Shown piece after piece: positions 27,712-37,022 of a DNA stretch of 55,605 nt; the stretch's first letter is position 1; each line of letters opens with the position of its first letter. Source of the DNA: Armatimonadota bacterium (lineage in GTDB: Bacteria > Armatimonadota > UBA10988). Both the position numbers and the translations under genes were made by a program. The notes under the pieces were generated by a model. The model was not told where the DNA came from, did no database searches, and saw only the letters and a program-made list of their open reading frames with translations. The DNA is taken from NCBI GenBank assembly GCA_016235455.1, contig JACRKZ010000119.1:1-55605 (forward strand), given 5' to 3'.

Positions 27712-29724
27712 GTGAGCGCCGAATTGACCTCTTTGAGCAAGGCAAAATGGATAGCCGGGCTGGTGCTGGCCGCCGGCGTGGTGGTCGGGCTGGCCCTGTG
27801 GCAGCGCCCGCGACCGCCTCAGGGCCTGACCAAGGCGCCGGCGGCCGTAGTGGCCGCGGCGGCGGTCACGCGCGGCCGGGTGGCCCAGAGCATCACGCTC
27901 AGCGGTACGTTGCAGCCGGTACAGCGCGTAGAGCTGTCGGCGCAGGTGCCGGCCAAGGTCAGCGCGGTCTACGTCAAGGAGGGCGACAGCGTGCCCGCGG
28001 GTGCCGTGCTGGCTCGGTTCGACGAGCGTGAGATGCGCGCCAACGTGGACAAGGCCGCCGCCGGCATACGCGCTGCCGCTGCCCAGGTGACCAAGGCGCG
28101 CGTGGGCGCCGAGATGACGCGCTCGCTGGCCGATGTGCGTGTCGATCGCGCCATGGACGGCATCAAGGCGGCCGACGCCCAGGTCAGCGGCGCGCGCGCG
28201 GGTGCCGAGGTCAGCGAGGCCAGCGCCAAGGCCCAGGTGAGCCAGGCGCTCAGCGGCATCGAAGCCGCCGAAGCCGCCGTGCTCCAGGCCGAGAAGGGCG
28301 CCGCGCTCAGTCGGCAACAGGCCGACAGCGACATTGCCACGGCCCAGGGCGGCCTGGCCGCCGCCGAGGCCGACCTCAAGCGCGCCACCAGCGGCGCCAG
28401 CGTCGGCTCCGATGCCGCCGCGGCCGATGTGGAGCGCGCCCGGGCCGGCGTGGCCACGGCCGAAGCCAATCTGGCCCGCGTCAAGGCCGGAGCACGCACC
28501 AGCGATGTCGAAGCCGCCGAGGCGCAGGTCAAGCAGGCCCGCATCGGTCGCGATGCCGCTAAGCGGGCCGTGGACGACCTGACCTATCTGCGCAAAAACG
28601 GCGGTGTCGCGGGCGCCGACCTGCAGCAGGCGCAGACCCAACTCGATATCTGCAACGCACAGGTGGACGCCGCCGAGGCGCAGTTGCGCGGCGCACGCGC
28701 CGGCGCCAGCGCCGAGGAAGTGGCCGCCGCCGAAGGCCAACTGCGCGAGGCCCGCGCCGGACTCAAGCAGGCCGAGGCCGGCCAGGGCCGGTCAAGCGTG
28801 TCGGCGGCCGAGATCGAGGCGGCGCGCGCCAATGTGGATCGCGCGCGCACGGGCCTGCAGTCGGCCGAGAAGGCCAAGGCCGAACGTTACGGTCTGGCCG
28901 AAGCGCAGGTGCGCGCGGCGCGCGCGGCGGTGGAGCAGGCGCGAGCTGGCCACGGCGCCGCGGTGTCGGGGCTCGGCGTGGGCAAAGTGCGGCAGGCGGA
29001 AGTGGCCGCGGCCCAGGGCAACCTGGCGCAAGCCGGCGGCGGGCTGCGTGAAGCGCAGGTGGGCCGGCGCGAGGCCGAGGTGCGCGCCGCCGACCTGGCC
29101 GCCGCGCAAGCCGGGCTGCTGGCCGCGCAGGCCGACTATCGACTGGCCGCCGAGCAGATCGCCAAGTGCCAACTCGTCTCGCCGGTGGCGGGCCAGGTGA
29201 CCAAGCTGGCGCTCCATGCCGGCGACGCCGTCATGCCCGGCATGCCGCTGGCCGCCGTGGAGACCAAGGCCGCCGCGGAGCTGGTCTGTCTGGTCTCGGG
29301 CGACCAGCGCGCGCAACTGCGGGCCGGCCAACCGGCGCGAGTCAAGGTGGACGGCAGCAAGCGCGAGTTCACGGCCACGGTGCGCGAGGTGGCCACCTCG
29401 GCCGAGGCCGATGGCCGCACTTTCCGGGTGCGCCTGCTGGTCGCCGGCGACGGCCTGCTGCCCGGTGCGCGCGCCACCTGCGAGGTCGACGTGGCGGTCG
29501 ACGACGCGGCGCTGTGCGTGCCGCTGCCCGCGGTCCAGGATGTCGACGGCGAGGCGCCACATGTGTTTGTCACCCAAGCCGGCCGAGCGGTGCGGCGGCC
29601 GGTGACACTGGGGTTGCGCTCAACGGCCACCGCGCAGGTGGTCGAGGGCTTGGCCGAAGGTGACCTGGTCGTCGTCTCGGGCGCCGAGAACCTGCACGAC
29701 GGGTCCGCGGTGGACACGCGTTAG
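27712..29724 (+). CDS. RND efflux periplasmic adaptor (MFP) with a very long alpha-helical hairpin
   Basis: N-terminal TM, lipoyl halves (VKEGDSVPAGAVL; SPVAGQV), beta-barrel and membrane-proximal motifs; start uncertain (27712 or 27733). Confidence 0.88.
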   Translation: MSAELTSLSKAKWIAGLVLAAGVVVGLALWQRPRPPQGLTKAPAAVVAAAAVTRGRVAQSITLSGTLQPVQRVELSAQVPAKVSAVYVKEGDSVPAGAVLARFDEREMRANVDKAAAGIRAAAAQVTKARVGAEMTRSLADVRVDRAMDGIKAADAQVSGARAGAEVSEASAKAQVSQALSGIEAAEAAVLQAEKGAALSRQQADSDIATAQGGLAAAEADLKRATSGASVGSDAAAADVERARAGVATAEANLARVKAGARTSDVEAAEAQVKQARIGRDAAKRAVDDLTYLRKNGGVAGADLQQAQTQLDICNAQVDAAEAQLRGARAGASAEEVAAAEGQLREARAGLKQAEAGQGRSSVSAAEIEAARANVDRARTGLQSAEKAKAERYGLAEAQVRAARAAVEQARAGHGAAVSGLGVGKVRQAEVAAAQGNLAQAGGGLREAQVGRREAEVRAADLAAAQAGLLAAQADYRLAAEQIAKCQLVSPVAGQVTKLALHAGDAVMPGMPLAAVETKAAAELVCLVSGDQRAQLRAGQPARVKVDGSKREFTATVREVATSAEADGRTFRVRLLVAGDGLLPGARATCEVDVAVDDAALCVPLPAVQDVDGEAPHVFVTQAGRAVRRPVTLGLRSTATAQVVEGLAEGDLVVVSGAENLHDGSAVDTR

Positions 29725-29743
29725 AAGGAACCCCGCAAGCACC

Positions 29744-32700
29744 ATGTGGTTGACCCGCCTGGCCATCGACCGACCGTTCATCACCGCGCTCATGTGCGCG
29801 GTGCTGCTCTTTGGCGGCCTGTTCAGCGGGCTCAACCTGCCGGTCGACCTCAACCCCAAGGCCGACCTGGCCACGCTGACCATCACCTGCATCTATCCGG
29901 GCGCATCGCCGGCCAATGTCGAGACGTCGGTGGCCAAGCCGCTGGAGGAGTGCCTCAAGTCGGTGGCGCGGCTGGACCACCTGATGACCATCAGCCAGGA
30001 CAGCGTCTGCTACTCGTTCGCCGAGTTCAGCGTGGGCACCGACTCCGGCGAGGCCCAGGATGCCTGCCGTGAGGCCATCAGCGCGGCCCGGTCGCGCTTC
30101 CCCGCGGGGATGCTGGATCCCGTGCTGGCCAAGCTGGACATCAATGCCCAGCCCGTGCTGTTCCTTGGCGTCAGCGGCCCGCGCAGCCCCGAGGAGCTGC
30201 GGTCGCTGGCCAAGGACGTGGTCGAGCCCAGACTGCGCTCGGTACGAGGCGTCACCGCGGTCGAAGTGCTCGGCGGCCGCGAGCGCGAGGTGCATGTCGA
30301 GATCGACCGCGAGAAGCTGCTGTCTTCGGGCCTGACCATCACGCGCGTGGCCCAAGTGGTCGAAGGTGCCAACGTTAATGTGCCAGGTGGCAATCTGGAG
30401 CGCGGCAACGAGGCGCGCGGCGTGCGCCTGGTCGGCCGGTTCGCCAACCTTGACGATGTCCGCGGCGTGCCGCTGCCACCGCCCGATGACCCCGGCCGGC
30501 TGATCGAGCAGGCCATGCGCCCCCAAGCCCCGCATCAGCCCAATCGCGCGCTGCGGCTGGGCGACATCGCCACGGTGGCCCTGCGCGCGGTGGAGCCCGA
30601 GGTGCGCGTACGGCTGCAGCAGGCCGAGGCGGTGGGCATCATCGTCACCAAGCGCGGCGACGGCAACACCATCCGCATCGCCCGCGAGGCCCTGGCCGCA
30701 GCCCAGAGCGCGCCACTGCCCGAAGGCGTCAAGATCATCGTCGCCCGCGACCAGGCGCGCACGGTGTCCGAGGCGCTGACGGATGTCAATGTCAGCCTGG
30801 CCCTTGCGGTGCTGCTCTGCGCGGCGGCCATCCTGCTGTTTCTGCGCAATGCGCGGGCCACGGCCATCGTCTGCACGACCATCCCGGTCTGCCTGCTCGG
30901 CGCGCTGGCGCCCATGGCCTGGGGCGGCCACACCATCAACCAGATGACGCTGCTCGGCCTGGCCATCAGCATCGGCATCCTGGTCGACGACAGCATCGTC
31001 TGCATCGAGGCCATCACCCATCGGCTGCAGCAGGGCGAACCTGCCGCCGAGGCGGCCTTCAACGGCCGGAACGACATCGCCCTGGCCGACACCTCGACCA
31101 CGCTGCTGGACGTCGCCGTCTACGGGCCGATCGCCTTCATGGCCGGCACCGTGGGCCAGTTCTTCCGCGACTTCGGCTTCGTCGTGGCGGTCACCGCCGG
31201 GCTGTCGCTGTTTGCCGCCTACACCATCGTGCCATCCATGGCCGCGCGCTTCTACCGCGACCGGCCGCCCAGCGGCCGCGAGCTGGAGCAGAGCCCCGCC
31301 CTGGAGCGGCTCACCGGACGCTACCACGTCGTGCTCGAATGGGCGCTGCGGCACCGCGGACGCACGTTGATCATCGGCTGGACGGGCCTGGCCCTGGCCG
31401 GCCTGCTCGCCTGGCAGTGCCTGGGCATCGACCTCATTCCCGCCGCCGACCTGAGCACCATCGCCGTCAACATCGAGCTGCCCGGCGCCGCCGGCGCCAA
31501 GGCCACCGAGCAGACCGTGGCCAGCGCCGAAAAGCTGATCGGCGCTATCCCGGAGGTGGATACGCTGTTCACCACGCTCGGCCGCATCGAGGTGGGCTTC
31601 GGCGTGGTCAGCCGCATGGGCCCGCGCTACGCGCAGATCAATGTCACACTGCGCGACAAGCGCGGCATGGTCGACCGGCTCACGTTCCGCGGGCGCGGAC
31701 TGCGGACGCGCAGCGACGACGCCGTGGCCGCAGAGGTCCGCACCAGGCTGCGGGCCATTCCCGCCGCCAACTTCCAGGTCATCGCCGTGCATGGGTGGGG
31801 TGGCGCCGGCGCACCGGTCGACTTCAGCCTGTACGGCAAGGACGCGGCGCTGCTGGCGGCGGCCGGCGTCGAGGCGCTCGAGGGCCTGCGCACCATGCCC
31901 GGCCTGCTCGACCCCGACGTCGCCTGGCGCCTGGGCGAGCCCGAGGTGCAGGTCGAGATGCAGCGCGACCGCGCGCGCGAGTTGTACATCTACCCCGGCG
32001 TGGTGGCCCAGGAACTGCGCGCCTCGGTGGCCGGCACCGACGCCGGCACGTTCGAGCAGGGCGATGACGTACTGCCGGTCAAGGTGCGCCTGCGGCCTGT
32101 CGACCGCCGCGGCGAGAGCGATCTGGCGCGCATCCCCGTGGGGCGTAGCGCCAGCCGCGAGCTGACCATCGGCGACGTGGCCTCGCTCCGGTCCGCGGCC
32201 GGCCCAACGCGTATCGACCGCCGCGACGGCGTGCGCGACCTCAACTTCAAGGCCTACCTGGCCGCCGGAGTCAGCCTGGGCGAGGCCCAGAAGGCCATCA
32301 CGGCCATGGTGACCCGCCTCGGCGTGGCCAGCGAGAAGGACCCCGCGAGCACGCCGTCCGCCAAATACGCCGGGCTGCGCTGGGGTTGGCGGGGCGACGC
32401 CGCCACCATGGCCGAGAGCACCAAGTACATGGTCGGCACTGGCCTGCTCGGACTCACCCTGGCCTACCTGGTCATGGCGGTGCTGTTCAACAGCGCACTC
32501 CATCCGCTGACCATCCTGCTGTCGGTACCCATGGCCGGCACGGGTGGCCTGCTGCTACTCGCGGTCACGGGCTCCAGCCTGTCCATCGTCAGCGGCATCG
32601 GCTTCATCCTGCTCATCGGCATCGTGGTGCGCAACGCCATTCTGCTGATCGACTACACGCTGCAGCTCCGCGCCCAAGGCGTCGAACGCCACCACGCTGT

Positions 32701-32920
32701 CGTTCAGGCCGGCCTGCGCCGCCTGCGGCCCATCCTCATGACCACCTTCACCACCACCGTGGGCATGCTGCCCGTGGCCCTCGGCCTGGGCAAGGGCGCC
32801 GAGATCCGCTCCCCGATGGCCGTCGCGGTCATCGGTGGCCTGCTGCTCTCCACCTTGCTCACGCTGGTCATCATCCCCGTTACCTACACGCTGCTGGACG
32901 ACTGGTTCGGCCGCCCCTGA
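29744..32920 (+). CDS. AcrB/AcrD/AcrF family RND transporter
   Basis: [41 protein letters not shown]. Confidence 0.95.
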   Translation: MWLTRLAIDRPFITALMCAVLLFGGLFSGLNLPVDLNPKADLATLTITCIYPGASPANVETSVAKPLEECLKSVARLDHLMTISQDSVCYSFAEFSVGTDSGEAQDACREAISAARSRFPAGMLDPVLAKLDINAQPVLFLGVSGPRSPEELRSLAKDVVEPRLRSVRGVTAVEVLGGREREVHVEIDREKLLSSGLTITRVAQVVEGANVNVPGGNLERGNEARGVRLVGRFANLDDVRGVPLPPPDDPGRLIEQAMRPQAPHQPNRALRLGDIATVALRAVEPEVRVRLQQAEAVGIIVTKRGDGNTIRIAREALAAAQSAPLPEGVKIIVARDQARTVSEALTDVNVSLALAVLLCAAAILLFLRNARATAIVCTTIPVCLLGALAPMAWGGHTINQMTLLGLAISIGILVDDSIVCIEAITHRLQQGEPAAEAAFNGRNDIALADTSTTLLDVAVYGPIAFMAGTVGQFFRDFGFVVAVTAGLSLFAAYTIVPSMAARFYRDRPPSGRELEQSPALERLTGRYHVVLEWALRHRGRTLIIGWTGLALAGLLAWQCLGIDLIPAADLSTIAVNIELPGAAGAKATEQTVASAEKLIGAIPEVDTLFTTLGRIEVGFGVVSRMGPRYAQINVTLRDKRGMVDRLTFRGRGLRTRSDDAVAAEVRTRLRAIPAANFQVIAVHGWGGAGAPVDFSLYGKDAALLAAAGVEALEGLRTMPGLLDPDVAWRLGEPEVQVEMQRDRARELYIYPGVVAQELRASVAGTDAGTFEQGDDVLPVKVRLRPVDRRGESDLARIPVGRSASRELTIGDVASLRSAAGPTRIDRRDGVRDLNFKAYLAAGVSLGEAQKAITAMVTRLGVASEKDPASTPSAKYAGLRWGWRGDAATMAESTKYMVGTGLLGLTLAYLVMAVLFNSALHPLTILLSVPMAGTGGLLLLAVTGSSLSIVSGIGFILLIGIVVRNAILLIDYTLQLRAQGVERHHAVVQAGLRRLRPILMTTFTTTVGMLPVALGLGKGAEIRSPMAVAVIGGLLLSTLLTLVIIPVTYTLLDDWFGRP

Positions 32921-33018
32921 CCCGCCGACTCGCCGACTCCCCCAGATAGCCGGAACCCCTCGGCCGCTGGCCGCCTCCCTTGTCCATGGGCGCGAACCTG
33001 CTCCTGGTGCACGTTTGC

Positions 33019-33113
33019 GTGGCTGTCAACAGCCACCAGGCCCGACTGTAGCCGGATTGTTACATGGCCGACAAGAAAGGCCTTGCATGTGAGGGGGGGC
33101 CGTGGGGTATAAT
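33019..33113 (+). promoter_or_regulatory. Upstream region of sigma factor 1: palindrome, TGT-N12-ACA site and promoter
   Basis: GTGGCTGT-ca-ACAGCCAC (33019-33036); TGTAGCCGGATTGTTACA (33047-33064); TTGCAT-N19-TATAAT (33083-33113, long spacer). Confidence 0.45.
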
Positions 33114-33225
33114 CCCGTAACCAGGTTAATGGTTTCGCCCCGCGGGGGCGAGGAGCGGATCGGGCAGAGGAGGCCAGGCCGAGCGAGGGAGCTGGGACTG
33201 GCGTGACGAGGAAGGGAGCAGGGCA

Positions 33226-34161
33226 GTGGAACCGACACAGGCCTTGGATTGGGATCCGACCTTGGAAGACGATGCCTACGGTGACGACGACGAGGTCGCC
33301 GAGCGCGATACGAACGAACCGATGCCCCGGGCCGAGGGCATGGGCGTGGCCAGTGCGCCGCGCAATATGAACCTGCTGACGCGGGAGGAAGAGATCAGCC
33401 TGGCCAAGCTGGTTGAGCGCGGTGATCAGGAAGCGCGGCAGCGGCTGATCGACGCCAATCACCGCCTGGTCTTCAGCGTGGTGAACAAGTACCGCTACAG
33501 CGGCGTGCCGCTGGAGGATCTGGTGCAGGAGGGTTTCCTGGGCCTGATCGCCGCGGCGGACAAGTTTGACTACCGGCGCAACTGCCGGTTCTCCACGGTG
33601 GCCACGATCTGGATCCGCGCGCACGTGCTGCAAGCCATCCAGAACCTGCGCCCGCTGGTGCACGTGCCGCAACGCGTGGCCAACGCGGCCAAGCGCATGT
33701 GGCGCGCCACCGAGGAGCTGACCCAGGAACTCGAGCGCAAGCCCACCGCCGACGAGCTGGCCACCAAGCTGAGCCTCGAGGCGGGGCGCGTGGACGAACT
33801 GAGCCGCATCTCGCAAGACTGGCTCAGCCTCGACGAGCCGCTGGGTGACGAAGGCGACACCTCCATGATGGAGATGGTGGCCGACGACGCGCAAGGCGCG
33901 CCGGCGCTGGCTGCGCAACGCAGCTGCCTGCGCGAACAGCTCAAGGTGGCCATGGGCCGGCTCACCGACCGCGAGCAGATCGTGCTGCGACTGCGCTTCG
34001 GGCTCGACGATGGCCAGGAGCGCACACTTGACGAGATTGGCCGCCAGTTCGACCTGACGCGCCAGCGCATCAAGGAGATCGAGACCGCGGCGCTGGCCAA
34101 GCTGCGCAACGGTGGGCCCGCCCGCCAGCGGCTGGAACCGGCCTGGGCGGCTGGCAGCTAG
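33226..34161 (+). CDS. RpoD/SigA-like sigma-70 factor lacking region 1.1, non-canonical
   Basis: LLTREEEISLA (r1.2), DLVQEG.LGL..A.DKFD (r2), SLDEPLG (r3.2), LRLRFGL..RTLDEIG (r4). Confidence 0.92.
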   Translation: MEPTQALDWDPTLEDDAYGDDDEVAERDTNEPMPRAEGMGVASAPRNMNLLTREEEISLAKLVERGDQEARQRLIDANHRLVFSVVNKYRYSGVPLEDLVQEGFLGLIAAADKFDYRRNCRFSTVATIWIRAHVLQAIQNLRPLVHVPQRVANAAKRMWRATEELTQELERKPTADELATKLSLEAGRVDELSRISQDWLSLDEPLGDEGDTSMMEMVADDAQGAPALAAQRSCLREQLKVAMGRLTDREQIVLRLRFGLDDGQERTLDEIGRQFDLTRQRIKEIETAALAKLRNGGPARQRLEPAWAAGS

Positions 34162-34184
34162 GCTCCGATAGCACTCCTCAGACG

Positions 34185-34222
34185 CGACAAGGGCCCGGAT
34201 CCTAGGATCCGGGCCCTTGTCG
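34185..34222. terminator. Perfect 38-bp palindrome, probable bidirectional terminator
   Basis: CGACAAGGGCCCGGATCCT/AGGATCCGGGCCCTTGTCG between two convergent stop codons; TTGGGTTT follows on the + strand. Confidence 0.8.
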
Positions 34223-34262
34223 TTGGGTTTCGGGGTTGGGAGGGAGTTCTCTGCGTACTAAT

Positions 34263-35195
34263 CTAGTCGCCGGCCAGAGCCAACGCCGCCGAGAATTGCG
34301 GCCGATGGCGCAAGCGCCGTAGCGCGCTCTGCTCCAACTCGCGGGCACGCTGCCGGCTGATGCTCAACTCGCGGCCGACCTCGGCCAGGCTGCGCGGTTC
34401 GTCGGCGTCCAGGCCGAAGCGCAGCCGCAAGACTTCTTCCTCGCGCGGGGTCAAGTGCTTGAGGCCCTCATTGACATCCTCGCGCAGTTCGGCGAGCACA
34501 ATCAGTTCCTGCGCCGAAGGGTCACTGCTGGGGACCAGCCACTCTTCGGGCGGACGCCCGTCGTCCTGGTCGTTGCCGTCCAGCGAACTCGGCGGCGGCA
34601 CGACACGACGCGCCTCCTCCACCTGCTCGACACTCAGCCCCACGCGTCCAGACAGCTCCTCGGACGAGGGCAGCCGCTGCAACTCCTGGGTCAGAAACTC
34701 CTCTTCGCGGCGGATGCGGGCCGCGGTCTGCGCCAGCCGCTCGGGCACCGGCATGACCGCGCGCAGCCGCGTCGCGGCGCGCAGCACGGCGCCGCGAATC
34801 CACAGCAGCGCATAGGTGTTGAACCGGCAACCGCGCGCCAGGTCGAAGCGGTCAGCCGCCTCGATCAGGCCCAGGTTGCCTTCCTGAATAAGGTCCTCGA
34901 CCGGCACACCTGTGTGGCGGAACTTGCTCACCACGTGGAAGACGAGCCGATGGTTGGCCTCGATCAGCTGCCGCCGGGCCTCATCATCGCCCTGCGCCAC
35001 GCGCCGTGCGAGCACTCGCTCTTCCACCGCGCTCAGCAACGAGCCGCTGGCTGTATCACCGCCCGGGTAATACGTGCGCCACGCCGCCGCTGCCGCCACC
35101 GCAAACTCGCCGGAACTCGCCGGCATTGTGCGTCCCGCCTCGAACGACAACCGATCCCCACCATGCGCCATCGCCCTTGCCCTCTTGCGTCCCAT
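34263..35195 (-). CDS. Second RpoD/SigA-like sigma-70 factor, non-canonical
   Basis: LLSAVEERVLA, ANHRLVF, DLIQEGNLGLIEAADRFD, LTPREEEVLRLRFGL, SLAEVG; start uncertain. Confidence 0.9.
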   Translation of the reverse strand: MGRKRARAMAHGGDRLSFEAGRTMPASSGEFAVAAAAAWRTYYPGGDTASGSLLSAVEERVLARRVAQGDDEARRQLIEANHRLVFHVVSKFRHTGVPVEDLIQEGNLGLIEAADRFDLARGCRFNTYALLWIRGAVLRAATRLRAVMPVPERLAQTAARIRREEEFLTQELQRLPSSEELSGRVGLSVEQVEEARRVVPPPSSLDGNDQDDGRPPEEWLVPSSDPSAQELIVLAELREDVNEGLKHLTPREEEVLRLRFGLDADEPRSLAEVGRELSISRQRARELEQSALRRLRHRPQFSAALALAGD

Positions 35196-35328
35196 TCTGT
35201 ATCGGCGCGGCCCGCAATGCAGGAGCCAATTTGAGGAATCTGACCAACATTATCCAGTTGCCCCCGCATACGCCCGGGCGTGCCGACTCTGGCGCCTGAC
35301 CCAGCGCCTGAGCAAACCGATGATCGTA

Positions 35329-35342
35329 CGAACGCCTGTTTG
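35329..35342. promoter_or_regulatory. LexA SOS box, Gram-positive (Cheo) type
   Basis: CGAAC-GCCT-GTTTG matches CGAAC-N4-GTTYG, ending 8 bp upstream of the recA -35. Confidence 0.75.
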
Positions 35343-35350
35343 AAAAGCCC

Positions 35351-35379
35351 TTGCGCTGGGCTGGCGAGGTGGCTATAAT
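35351..35379 (+). promoter_or_regulatory. recA promoter
   Basis: TTGCGC-N17-TATAAT. Confidence 0.7.
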
Positions 35380-35409
35380 CGGCCCATGCGATCAGGAAGG
35401 GCAGACAAG

Positions 35410-36495
35410 ATGGCCAAGGACAAGCCGATTGGCAATGGCAAGGGTAGCAAGACGGACGCCCTGGCGGAGGCCATGGCGCAGGTCGAGAAGCAGTTTGGCG
35501 CCGGCGCGCTGATGCGGCTGGGCGACAGGCCGCGGCAGAAGATCGAAGTCATTCCCTCGGGCTCGCTGTCGCTGGACATCGCGCTGGGTGTGGGCGGCAT
35601 CCCGCGCGGGCGCATCATCGAGCTGTTTGGCGGGGAGTCGTCGGGCAAGACGACGCTGGCGCTGCACATGCTGTGTGAGGCGCAGCGCGCCGGCGGCGTG
35701 GGCGCCATCATCGACGCCGAGCACGCCATGGACCCGCAGTATGCCGCCAAACTGGGGCTCAACACCGACGAACTGCTCATCTCCCAGCCGGAGACCGGTG
35801 AGCAGGCGCTCGAGATCGCCGATGTGCTGGTGCGCAGCAGTGCGGTGGACCTGGTGGTCATCGACTCGGTGGCGGCGTTGACGCCGAAGGCCGAGATCGA
35901 GGGCGAGATGGGCGACCAGTTCGTGGGCCTGCAGGCGCGCATGATGAGCCAGGCACTGCGCAAGCTCGCGGGCAACCTCAACCGCTCCAACACGGCCATG
36001 ATCTTCATCAACCAGATCCGCGAGAAGATCGGCGTGATGTTCGGCTCGCCCGAAACCACGCCGGGCGGCCGCGCGCTCAAGTTCTATGCCAGTGTCCGCA
36101 TCAAGACCCGTCGCGTGCAGCAGATCAAAGAGGGCGGCGACGCCATCGGCAACGAGCACGTGGCGCAGGTGGTCAAGAACAAGGTCGCGCCGCCGTTCCG
36201 CGAGGCCAACTTCGAGATCATCTACGGTCTTGGCGTCAGCCATGCCGGCGAGCTGATCCAGCTCGGCGTGGACATGGGGCTGATCAAGAAGAGCGGCGCC
36301 TGGTTCAGTTGCGGTGAAGAGCGCATTGGCAACGGCCGTGAGGCAGCGCGCCGCTACTTGCAGGAGAATCCCGCTCTGGCCCTGCGCATCGAGAACCAGA
36401 TCCGCACCGGCCAAGGCCTGGAGGCACTGCCCGTGCCGCCCGAACTGGCCGATGGCGCGGCGACCGCGCCGGCAGCCCCGGCGGCGGGGGCGTGA
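35410..36495 (+). CDS. recA: Recombinase A
   Basis: [53 protein letters not shown]; alternative in-frame ATG at 35386. Confidence 0.99.
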   Translation: MAKDKPIGNGKGSKTDALAEAMAQVEKQFGAGALMRLGDRPRQKIEVIPSGSLSLDIALGVGGIPRGRIIELFGGESSGKTTLALHMLCEAQRAGGVGAIIDAEHAMDPQYAAKLGLNTDELLISQPETGEQALEIADVLVRSSAVDLVVIDSVAALTPKAEIEGEMGDQFVGLQARMMSQALRKLAGNLNRSNTAMIFINQIREKIGVMFGSPETTPGGRALKFYASVRIKTRRVQQIKEGGDAIGNEHVAQVVKNKVAPPFREANFEIIYGLGVSHAGELIQLGVDMGLIKKSGAWFSCGEERIGNGREAARRYLQENPALALRIENQIRTGQGLEALPVPPELADGAATAPAAPAAGA

Positions 36496-36983
36496 GCAGC
36501 GATCCGGTGTCGGCGGCCTATCTGGCGGCGCTCCGGCTGCTGGACCGGCGCCGCTACACCGACCACCAACTGCGGACCAAGCTGACCGAGCAGGAGCACG
36601 CGCCAGAGAGCATCGATGCCGTGCTGGCGCGGCTCACTGCCTCGGGGTTGGTCGATGACCGGGCCTATGCCGAGGCCTACGTGCGCGATGGACAGACGCT
36701 GCGCGGCCACGGACGCCAGCGTCTGGCACGCGATCTGCGCCGTCGCGGCATTGACCGCGATGTGGTCGAGCTGGTACTCGACGAGCAGTATCCGCGCGAG
36801 GATGAGGCCGCGGTGGCGCTTGACCTGGCGCGCCGCCGAGCCCCCCGGCTGGCGGGGCTGCCACCCGACCAGGCGCGCCGGCGGTTGGCCGGCTACCTGG
36901 AGCGGCGCGGCCTCAACGCCCGCGCGGTCTGGGCGGCGGTCGACGCCGCGCTCAGCGACGTCGAACCCAACGGTGACGAGTAG
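36492..36983 (+). CDS. recX: Regulatory protein RecX
   Basis: Overlaps the recA stop (GTGA); [26 protein letters not shown]. Confidence 0.92.
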   Translation: MSSDPVSAAYLAALRLLDRRRYTDHQLRTKLTEQEHAPESIDAVLARLTASGLVDDRAYAEAYVRDGQTLRGHGRQRLARDLRRRGIDRDVVELVLDEQYPREDEAAVALDLARRRAPRLAGLPPDQARRRLAGYLERRGLNARAVWAAVDAALSDVEPNGDE

Positions 36984-37022
36984 CCTGCGCAGTCGCCTGC
37001 GCGGCGACCAGACAACTCCGGC

